Notes under the pieces: model-generated
What the model saw: the letters and a program-made list of their open reading frames with translations, nothing else
Told to the model about the DNA's origin: nothing
Database searches by the model: none
Assembly (NCBI RefSeq): GCF_964355755.1
Contig: NC_092676.1
Location: 11,881,888 to 11,945,887 of the forward strand
DNA length: 64,000 nt
Direction: 5' to 3'
DNA from: Antedon mediterranea
Taxonomy: Eukaryota; Animalia; Echinodermata
Translations under genes and position numbers: made by a program
Shown: piece by piece, positions 53,301 through 63,682 of the stretch
How the letters are laid out: every line of letters starts with the position of its first letter
Position numbering within the stretch: position 1 is the first letter of the stretch

Positions 53301-56300
53301 ATCTCTCGCTCGCTGATCTATCTCTCTCTCGCTGATCTATCTCTCTCTCGCTGATCTATCTCTCTCTCGCTGATCTATCTCTCTCTCGCTGATCTATCTC
53401 TCTCTCGCTGATCTATCTCTCTCTCGCTGATCTATCTCTCTCTCGCTGATCTATCTCTCTCTCTCGCTGATCTATCTCTCTCTCGCTGATCTATCTCTCT
53501 CTCGCTGATCTATCTCTCTCTCGCTGATCTATCTTTCTCTCGCTGATGTATCTCTCTCTCGCTGATCTATCTCTCTCTCTCTCGCTGATTTATCTCTCTC
53601 TCGCTGATGTATCTCTCTCTCTCGCTGATGTATCTCTCTCTCGCTGATGTATCTCTCTCTCTCGCTGATGAATCTCTCTCTCGCTGATCTATCTCTCTCT
53701 CGCTGATCTATCTCTGTCTCGCTGATGTATCTCTCTTTCTCGCTGATCTATCTCTCTGTCTCGCTGATGTATCTCTCTCTCTCGCTGATGTATCTCTATC
53801 TCTCGCTGATGTATCTCTGTCTCTCGCTGATCTATCTCTGTCTCTCGCTGATCTATCTCACTCTTGCCGATCTATCTCTCTCTCTCTCGCTGATTTATCT
53901 CTGTCTCGCTGATCTATCTCTCTGTCTCGCTGATGTATCTCTCTCTATCTCTCGCTGATGTATCTCTATCTCGATGATCTATCTCCCTCTCGCTGATCTA
54001 TCTCTCTCTCACTGATCTATCTCTCTCTCTCGCTGATCTATCTCTCTCTCTCGCTGATGTATCTCTCTCTCGCTGACCTATCTCTCTCTCTCGCTGATCT
54101 CGCTGATGTATCTATCTCTGTCTCGCTGATCTATCTCTTTCTCGCTGATCTATCTCTCTCTCTCGCGCTGATGTATCTCTGTTTCTCGCTGATCTATCTC
54201 TGTCTCTCGCTGATCTATCTCACTCTCGCCGATCTATCTCTCTCTCTCTTGCTGATCTATCTCTGTCTCGCTGATCTATCTCTCTGTCTCGCTGATGTAT
54301 CTCTCTCTCTCTCACTTATCTATCTCTCTCTCGCTGACGTATCTCTATCCCTCGCTGATGTATCTCTATCTCGATGATCTATCTCCTTCTCGCTGATCTA
54401 TCTCTCTCTCACTGATCTATCTCTCTCTCGCTGATCTATCTCTCTCTCGCTGATCTATCGCTCTCTCGCTGATGTATCTCTCTCTCGGTGACCTATCTCT
54501 CTCTCGCTGATCTATCTCTCTGTCTCGCTGATGTATCTCTCTCTCTCTCGCTGATCTATCTCTCTGTCGCTGATGTATCTCTCTCTCTCGCTGATCTATC
54601 TCCCTCTCGCTGATCTGTCTCCCTCTCGCTGATCTATCTCCCTCTCGCTGATCTATTTCTCGCTCGCTGATCTATCTCTCGCTCGCTGATCTATCTCTCT
54701 CTCGCTGATCTATCTCTCTCTCGCTGATTTATCTCTCTCTCGCTGATCTATCTCTCTCTCGCTGATCTATCTCTCTCTCGCTGATCTATCTCTCTCTCGC
54801 TGATCTATCTCTCTCTCTCGCTGATCTATCTCTCTCTCTCTCGCTGATCTATCTCTCTCTCGCTGATGTATCTCTCTCTCTCGCTGATGTATCTCTCTCT
54901 CGCTGATGTATCTCTCTCTCGCTGATGTATCTCTCTCTCGCTGAACTATCCCCCTCTCGCTGATCTATCTCTCTCTCTCTCGATGATCTATCTCTCTCTC
55001 GCTGATCTATCTCTCTCTCGCTGATCTATCTCTCTCTGTCGCTGATCTATCTCTCTCTCTCCCGCTGATGTATCTCTCTCTCGCTGATCTATCTCTCTCT
55101 CGCTGATCTATCTCTCTCTCTCGCTGATGTATCTCTCTCTCGCTGATCTATCTCTCTCTCGCTGATCTATCTCTCTCTCGCTGATCTATCTCTCTCTCGC
55201 TGATCTATCTCTCTCTCGCTGATCTATCTCTCTCTCTCGCTGATCTATCTCTCTCTCGCTGATCTATCTCTCTCTCGCTGATCTATCTCTCTCTCGCTGA
55301 TCTATCTCTCTCTCGCTGATCTATCTCCCTCTCGCTGATCTATCTCTCTCTCGCTGATGTATCTCTCTCTCGCTGATGTATCTCTCTCTCTCGCTGATCT
55401 ATCTCCCTCTCGCTGATCAATCTCCCTCTCGCTGATCTATCTCTCTCTCGCTGATCTATCTCTCTCTCGCTGATGTATCTCTCTCTCGCTGAACTATCCC
55501 CCTCTCGCCGATCTATCTCTCTCTCTCTCTCGATGATCTATCTCTCTCTCGCTGATCTATCTCTCTCTCGCTGATCTATCTCTCTCTCGCTGATCTATCT
55601 CTCTCTCGCTGATCTATCTCTCTCTCGCTGATCTATCTCTCTCTCGCTGATCTATCTCTCTCTCGCTGATGTATCTATCTCTGTCTCGCTGATCTATCTC
55701 TTTCTCGTTGATCTATCTCTCTCTCTCGCGCTGATGTATCTCTGTCTCTCGCTGATCTATCTCTGTCTCTCGCTGATCTATCTCACTCTCGCCGATCTAT
55801 CTCTCTCTCTCGCCGATCTATCTCTGTCTCGCTGATCTATCTCTCTGTCTCGCTGATGTATCTCTCTCTCTCTCTCGCTTATCTATCTCTCTCTCGCTGA
55901 CGTATCTCTATCTCTCGCTGATGTATCTCTATCTCGATGATCTATCTCCCTCTCGCTGATCTATCTCTTTCTCACTGATCTATCTCTCTCTCGCTGATCT
56001 ATCTCTCTCTCTCGCTGATCTATCTCTCTCTCGCTGATCTATCTCTCTCTCGCTGATCTATCTCTCTCTCGCTGATCTATCTCTCTCTCGCTGATCTATC
56101 TCCCTCTCGCTGATCTATCTCTCTCTCTCGTTGATCTATCTCTCTCTCCCCGATGTATCTCTCTCTCTCGCTGATCTATCTCCCTCTCGCTGAGCTATCT
56201 CTCTCTCGCGGATCTATCTCCCTCTCGCTGATCTATTTCTCGCTCGCTGATCTATCTCTCGCTCGCTGATCTATCTCTCTCTCTCGCTGATCTATCTCTC

Positions 56301-59056
56301 TCTTGCTGATCTATCTATCTCTCTCGCAGATCTATCTCTCTCGCTGATCTATCTCTCTCTCGCTTATCTATCTCTCTCTCTCGCTGATCTATCTCTCTCT
56401 CGCTGATCTATCTCTCTCTCGCTGATCTATCTCTCTCTCGCTGATCTATCTCTCTCTCGCTGATCTATCTCTCTCTCTCGCTGATCTATCTCTCTCTCGC
56501 TGATCTATCTCTCTCTCGCTGATGTATCTATCTCTGTCTCGCTGATCTATCTCTTTCTCGCTGATCTATCTCTCTCTCTCGCGCTGATGTATCTCTGTCT
56601 CTCGCTGATCTATCTCTGTCTCTCGCTGATCTATCTCACTCTCGCCGATCTATCTCTCTCTCTCGCCGATCTATCTCTGTCTCGCTGATCTATCTCTCTG
56701 TCTCGCTGATGTATCTCTCTCTCTCTCTCGCTTATCTATCTCTCTCTCGCTGACGTATCTCTATCTCTCGCTGATGTATCTCTATCTCGATGATCTATCT
56801 CCCTCTCGCTGATCTATCTCTCTCTCACTGATCTATCTCTCTCTCGCTGATCTATCTCTCTCTCTCGCTGATCTATCTCTCTCTCGCTGATCTATCTCTC
56901 TCTCGCTGATCTATCTCTCTCTCGCTGATCTATCTCTCTCTCGCTGATCTATCTCCCTCTCGCTGATCTATCTCTCTCTCTCGCTGATCTATCTCTCTCT
57001 CCCCGATGTATCTCTCTCTCTCGCTGATCTATCTCCCTCTCGCTGAGCTATCTCTCTCTCGCGGATCTATCTCCCTCTCGCTGATCTATTTCTCGCTCGC
57101 TGATCTATCTCTCGCTCGCTGATCTATCTCTCTCTCTCGCTGATCTATCTCTCTCTTGCTGATCTATCTATCTCTCTCGCAGATCTATCTCTCTCGCTGA
57201 TCTATCTCTCTCTCGCTTATCTATCTCTCTCTCTCGCTGATCTATCTCTCTCTCGCTGATCTATCTCTCTCTCGCTGATCTATCTCTCTCTCGCTGATCT
57301 ATCTCTCTCTCGCTGATCTATCTCTCTCTCGCTGACCTAACTCTCTTTCGCTGATCTATCTCTCTGTCTCGCTGATGTATCTCTCTCTCTCTCTCGCTGA
57401 TCTATCTCTCTCTCCCCGATCTATCTCTCTCTCTCGCTGATCTATCTCTCTCTCTCTCTCTAGCTGATCTATCTCTCTCTCTCGCTGATGTATCTTTCTC
57501 TCTCTCGCTGATGTATGTCTCTCTCGCTGATGTATCTCTCTCTCTCTCTCTCTCTCGCTGATCTATCTCTCTCTCGCTGATCTATCTCTCTCTTGCTGAT
57601 CTATCTCTCTCTCGCTGATCTATCTCTCTCTCGCTGATCTATCTCTCTCTCTCTCGCTGATCTATCTCTCTCTCTCTCTCGCTGATATATCTCTCTCTCT
57701 CGCTGATGTATCTCTCTCTCGCGCTGATGTATCTCTCTCTCGCTGATATATCTCTCTCTCGCTGATCTATCTCTCTCTCTCGCTGATCTATCTCTCTCTC
57801 GCTGATCTATATCTCTCTCGCTGATCTATCTCTCTCTCGCTGATCTATCTCTCTCTCGCTGATCTATCTCTGTCTCGCTGATCTATCTCTCTGTCTCGCT
57901 GATGTATCTCTCTCTCGCTGATCTATCTCTCTGTCTCGCTGATGTATCTATCTCTGTCTCGCTGATCTATCTCTTTCTCGCTGTTCTATCTCTCTCTCTC
58001 TCGCTGATATATCTCTGTCTCTCGCTGATCTATCTCTGTCTCTCGCTGATGTATCTCTCTCTCTCGCTGATCTATCTCCCTCTCGCTGATCTATCTCCCT
58101 CTCGCTGATCTATCTCCCTCTCGCTGATCTATTTCTCGCTCGCTGATCTATCTCTCGCTCGCTGATCTATCTATCTCTCGCTGATCTATCTCTCTCTCGC
58201 TGATCTATCTCTCTCTCGCTGATCTATCTCTCTCTCGCTGATCTATCTCTCTCTCGCTGATCTATCTCTCTCTCGCTGATCTATCTCTCTCTCGCTGATC
58301 TATCTCTCTCTCGCTGATCTATCTCTCTCTCGCTGATGTATCTCTCTCTCGCTGATCTATCTCTCTCTCTCTCGCTGATGTATCTCTCTCTCGCTGATGT
58401 ATCTCTCTCTCTCGCTGATGTATCTCTCTCTCGCTGATGAATCTCTCTCTCGCTGATCTATCTCTCTCTCGCTGATCTATCTCTGTCTCGCTGATCTATC
58501 TCTCTGTCTCGCTGATGTATCTCTCTTTCTCGCTGATCTATCTCTCTGTCTCGCTGATGTATCTCTCTCTCTCGCTGATGTATCTCTCTCGCTGATCCAT
58601 CTCTCTCTCGCTGATCCATCTCTCTCTCGCTGATCCATCTCTCTCTCGCTGATCCATCTCTCTCTCGCTGATCCATATCTCTCTCGCTGATCTATCTCTC
58701 TCTCTCGCTGATCTATCTCTCTCTCGCTAATCTATCTCTCTCGCTGATCTATCTCTCTCTCGTTGATTTATCGCTCTCTCGCTGATCTATCTCTCTCTCT
58801 CGCTGATCTATCTCTCTCTCTCGCTGATCTATCTCTCTCTCGCTGATCTATCTCTCTCTCGCTGATCTATCTCTCTCTCGCTGATATATCTCTCTCTCGC
58901 TGATATATCTCTCTCGCTGATATATCTCTCTCTCGCTGATATATCTCTCTGTCGCTGATCTATCTCTCTCTCGCTGATCTATCTCTCTCTCGCTGATCTA
59001 TCTCTCTCTCTCGCTGATCTATCTCTCTCTCTCGCTGATCTATCTCTCTCTCGCTG
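8766..59056. repeat. ~50.3-kb satellite array, unit GCTGAT[C/G]TA(TC)n (modal 19 bp; roughly 2,500 units), with higher-order repeats
   Basis: An uninterrupted, single-orientation tandem array. Unit length varies in 2-bp steps through the TC tract, and ordered strings of variant units recur. The unit count is estimated as length divided by ~20. Confidence 0.99.
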
Positions 59057-60065
59057 CCCAGGAAGCAAGCCCATATGGTACCCATATTGTACCCATATTC
59101 CTTTTCATATGGGTGGCATATGGGCTTGCCCAGTAGGGCCCCAGCGGATTCTGCACCCAAGCCCCACATGGGCGTCATATGGGTTAGCCCATATCATCCC
59201 ATGTAAATCCCATATGGTACCCATATTTGTTTGCCAATTAGGGCCCCATACGGGTTATCCCATATTGTACCCATATTCCTTTTCATATGGGTGGCATATG
59301 GGCTTGCCCAGTAGGGCCCCAGCGGATTCTGCACCCAAGCCCCACATGGGCGTCATATGGGTTAGCCCATATCATCCCATGTAAATCCCATATGGTACCC
59401 ATATTTGTTTGCCAATTAGGGCCCCATACGGGTTATCCCACATGGGACCCATATACAAATCTCATATGGGCGGCATATGAGCTTGCCCAGTAGGGCCCCA
59501 GCGGATTCTGCACCCAAGCCCCACATGGGCGTCATATGGGTTAGCCCATATCATCCCATGTAAATCCCATATGGTACCCATATTGGTTTGCCAATTAGGG
59601 CCCCATACGAGTTATCCCACATTGGACCTATATACAAATCTTATATGGGCGGCATATGGACTTGCCCAGTAGGGCCCCAGCAGATTCTGCACCCAAGCCC
59701 CACATGGGCGTCATATGGGTTAGCCCATATCATTCCATGTAAATCCCACATGATACCCATATAATTATGCTTGCTCATTTGGGCAACATATGAGTTTGCC
59801 CATTAGGGCGGCATATGGATTGTCCCACATTGGGCCCATATGTAAATCTCATATGGTACCCATGCTTGCTCATATGGGCAACATATGAGTTTGCCCATTA
59901 GGGCTGCATAAGGATTGTCCCACATGGGGCCCATATGTAAATCTCATATGGTACCCATATATGCTTGCTCATATGAGCAGCATATGGGTTTTCCCATTGG
60001 GGTTGCATATGGATTGTTCCTCATGGGGTCCATATGTAAATCCCATATGGTACCCATTAATTGCT
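59057..60065. repeat. Subterminal tandem repeats: four ~178-179-bp units, then three ~95-bp units, rich in CCCATATGG(G) palindromes
   Basis: The marker CAGTAGGGCCCCAGC[G/A]GATTCTGCACCCAAG occurs at 59131, 59309, 59488 and 59667. TGCTTGCTCAT...GGTACCCA units occur at ~59768, ~59862 and ~59962. Confidence 0.95.
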
Positions 60066-60453
60066 GATATGGACAGCAGTTCCAAAATGGTAGTTAATCG
60101 AGATCACAAAAAGTAATTTAAAGTTGCCGTATTTAAGTTTCAACACTCTAGATGCTCCTTTATTTGGACTTGGATATTACTAAAAAAAAACAATACATTA
60201 CAAATTTAAAATAGCATATACAGTATAAATATTGATCATACAGTCGAAACACGACACACAAGCCGAAACTAAATATATTAGTCCAGTTAAAATTTTTAAA
60301 AATTCATCTTCCAAAATATATTTTTATAAAAGTTTCCTTCTTAGTGAGAAAATGTTGGGTGAGAAAACGTTTTTTTAAAAATAAAATATAAAAGTTTTAG
60401 TATTTTGGTTATGTCATGTTCCATTAAACAAATGAGCAAAGAAATGGGACCAA

Positions 60454-63263
60454 CTATATTATAAAACAGTTAAAAACTGCTGTACATAAATACAGTTTTT
60501 TATGGTGTAGTAGGCAATATGTTAGTTCTTGCCTTTCTCCGCCCTCCTTATCCCTTGCATTGTACAAAAAAGACTTTATATTGTCTTTTATTTCCTCCCG
60601 TGTGGCATCCTTCGTACTTGGATTTCTTCGAACAGCTCCTAAAAGAAAAAACAAAACAAAAACAAGACAATTATTATATGATAAATGTTTTTGATTTGAT
60701 GTAGTGTAAAAGTATGGATGGTGGTGATATAATGACATAACATGACATAATTATAGTCTGTATGTTTATGTAATCCGATTTAGCACACAGACAACAGGTT
60801 CAATTCAAGTATGAAACTTTATTGCTACTATGTACTCTATAAAAGAGTTGTACCTATCCTATATTGAAGTGTTTACTAGTCCAATGTCATGTCATTCCGA
60901 ATCTGTCCTTATGAATAGATAGAGTTGACTATATACAATAAATTGGGATAGTAATGAGTACACAGGGGACTTGAAAGGAACCAATGCTACAAACTAGTCA
61001 ATCAATTATAGGTCTATACAGACAGGAGAAGGTCTATGTATAAATGACACTAATCACTTACCAAGTATTACTTTCAACAACTTTAGGTTTCCAAATTCCA
61101 GTTTTCCTTTTGCTCCAGTCCAATTATATTGGCGGGCTACAAACGGTGATAGTAGGTTTTTCAAAACATTGTTTGTTGTAGTTTTAAAGTCCTTACCGCC
61201 AATTAAACCAAGCTTTAAAACCTGAAATCATGATTGGCATACATTGTTAATGATACAATAATGTATAAACTTAATACATAAAAATGTTTATCATGGTAGG
61301 CTTACACATCATAATAGTCTTTGGACTCACATTAATTAAGTTTCTAATAATTTAAAAGTTATATAATTTCTGAAAACATGTATCGGGTCCTATCGTCAGA
61401 ACCAATTGGTGCAAATTTGGTTAAAACTTCCATGATAATCAAAAGTTTAATATGTTTTTACTTTTAAACTCACCAATTGTTTGCACATAGATGCATCAAG
61501 AGAAGCTTCAGTTTCCATCAAACTCTCTACTGAACGAATGGGAAACTCCACAGGTAATTCCTCAAGCTCTGGAACAGTAGTTTGGATCCCAGAAACGTCT
61601 AATTCCGTCAACAAAAATGTATTATGCTCTACCTTCCTTCTAAGTTCATCAATGTTTTCCTTAATCTCACTTAGAAGACAAATCACAGTTCTTTCAAACG
61701 CTGAAAAAATATATTACAGTATATAAATATATCGAAAAAAATAATTTTAATTGTGTACAAATAAATCATTACTTTCACAGATTAATGCATTTATTTTTTC
61801 ATTTATTGTTATTTATGATTGTTGATTGTTCTAGCAGAAAGAGCTTTTCAATTTCAAGAATACTAGTACCAGGGGCGTAGAGTGGTTCCAATTTGAGAGG
61901 GTGCTAACATTGTTAATTGGACCGGAAATGGCCTTTGTCGTGTGAGCCGTGCTAGGCACAGGCACACCTTTTTGTCTTTTGGGGGGGGGGTGAGTCCGCA
62001 CCCTCCGCTCCCGAGTACCATGTTTAAAACATTCGAATAAACATATCGTCAACTATATAAAAAAAATGAATGTTTTAAATAAATCATCCCTAAATAAATG
62101 AAATAATACCTTTGTTAGGAGTACTACTTGTACTAGGACGTGAAATAGGAGACATTAATGTTCTTTCTGTTAAATCTTTTCTATTCTGAGGAGTTTGAGT
62201 TAATGGGAGTTGAGGTAATTGTGGTTGAGGCAAGTTTCCTCTTGCACCATTTGTTGTTAGTCTTCTTTCTAAATCTGATTTTTAAAAATACACATAATTT
62301 ATGAATTAGGTTACGGTTAAACATTTATTTTGAGCAAAACTTATACACTGTTTTAAATAAAAGTTATGAATATAAAAAATATCCTTAATAAATAAAATAT
62401 ATAAAATAAATAAATAATAAACATACCCTTGTTGGAAGCACTTGTAGTTGGTCTTAAAATACTGTTTGTTTTCTTAGCGCTTTTCACTGGAGGTCCAGAC
62501 ATTGGGGGTAGAGGCAGGCTTTTTTTTTCTCTTGTTGGTGGGCTATCAGAATCATCACTCTCATAACGAAGTGGCCGTCTGTAATAAATATAGGATGCTA
62601 ACAATATTCTTAATTGCTTTCTTTGGCACTGGAATTCATACACCCAAGATTAATACCCAAAAGTAAAAAGGGGGAATTTCAACAGAACGTTTGCAATTTA
62701 AAAAAAAACTACAATGCATGTGCAGTAATAATAAGATAATTTTACGTTCGAATAATATAAATTATATACCACTTTTTTTGTTAATTGGCTTTTATCAATT
62801 TCTTGAAATTTAAATATAAACATTATATAATTTAAATATAAAAACACAGGAAGATGGGTATAAATTATTTATTTCATTTACTTCTTCTTTCTCTGAGGAT
62901 GACTGTCTTCTTCTTCAGCCGACTCTAGATTTGAAGTGTCTTCTGCATCTTTAGTTTTCTTCCAAGCTGTTTTGTAATCATCTGCATAATAAATATCGTA
63001 CTCATTATCAATATTAATGTTGGTACAGCAACGCAAATTTTATTGTTTAAATATATATTTAGTACCTACCAGTTTCATACAGTATTTTTATAGCATAAGT
63101 CGCCCAATTATTTTCCGGTGATTGTTTGTTTTTAACTGCCTGAATTATTCGATGGTTCAATTGGTGGCCACACGGCAGTATCACCTTCAACCCAGCAGCT
63201 CGGAACGACTGCCACTTGATTTTTTCAATGTAATTGACGACTTTATATTGTTTCTCTTGGTCC
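60454..63263 (-). pseudogene. Spliced DUF4806 (BEN-domain-like) transposon accessory gene, partly decayed; 5' exon(s) not identified
   Basis: Phase-compatible GT-AG exons: 63263-63070, 62981-62882, 62578-62427, 62274-62110, 61700-61474, 61221-61062, 60638-60454, plus a possible decayed exon ~62052-61870. N-terminal motifs: YKVVNY...VAVVPSCW...WPP...W..Y.IKIL...DY..A.KK...AEDTSNLES. These are followed by an S/P-rich linker and a coiled-coil-like LSEIKENIDELRRKVE. C-terminal part: LGLIGGKDFKTTTNNVLKNLLSPFVARQYNWTGAKGKLEFGNLKLLKVILGAVRRNPSTKDATREEIKDNIKSFLYNARDKEGG. Confidence 0.8.
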
Positions 63264-63419
63264 CTGCATTACATAAAAGAGAATATGATAAACAGGATAT
63301 TAATCAATCAATTACGGATGGTCTGATAGGGCAACATTTAATGGATTTGAAATATATATATATATATATAAAAAAAAATCAAGATCAAATAAGTTAAAAC
63401 TGCCTCAATATAGATTTAT

Positions 63420-63460
63420 TTTAACGACATGTTTCGGGCATAGCCCATCATCAGGTGAAA
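63420..63460 (-). ncRNA. Minimal type I hammerhead ribozyme (PLE type)
   Basis: Minus strand: TTTCAC-CTGATGA-T-GGGC tat GCCC-GAAA-CATG-TC-GTTAAA. The CUGAUGA and GAAA cores are intact, helix II is a perfect 4 bp, helix III is palindromic (ACATGT), the cleavage triplet is GUC, and helix I pairs 5 of 6 bp. Confidence 0.85.
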
Positions 63461-63682
63461 AGAATTGTAACAAAGGATAACATATATAAGTCACAAAATT
63501 ACATAATAAAACAAATCAGCCAATCAAAGATGTTAACAAACAAAAGGCATAGTTATAAAGGCACGCCTCCAAAAGCTATGGTGTACAAAGCAGGAATGGT
63601 TGCTTATAAAGCAGGAAATTTAAAACAAAGACAAAAGCTTCAAGTGTAAATAATTGTTAATATGTGAATGTCTCTGGCAAAA

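Noticed and set aside
9951-58676. Numerous Leu/Ser-rich (+) and Arg/Glu-rich (-) ORFs in the ORF track
   Set aside because: They are direct translations of the GCTGATCTA(TC)n satellite, and their frames open and close with TC-tract length. There is no codon or domain signal.
8766-59056. CRISPR-like appearance (constant core with variable intervening sequence)
   Set aside because: The 'spacers' are only (TC)n length variants and the constant core is ~9 bp. There are no unique spacers, leader or cas genes, and the context is eukaryotic.
8766-59056. Telomeric repeat
   Set aside because: It is not a TTAGGG/TTAGG-type unit, has variable unit length, and is flanked on both sides by complex sequence.
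58960-59493. ORFs 58960-59178, 59109-59384 and 59287-59493
   Set aside because: They are translations of the 178-bp subterminal tandem repeat and the satellite edge.
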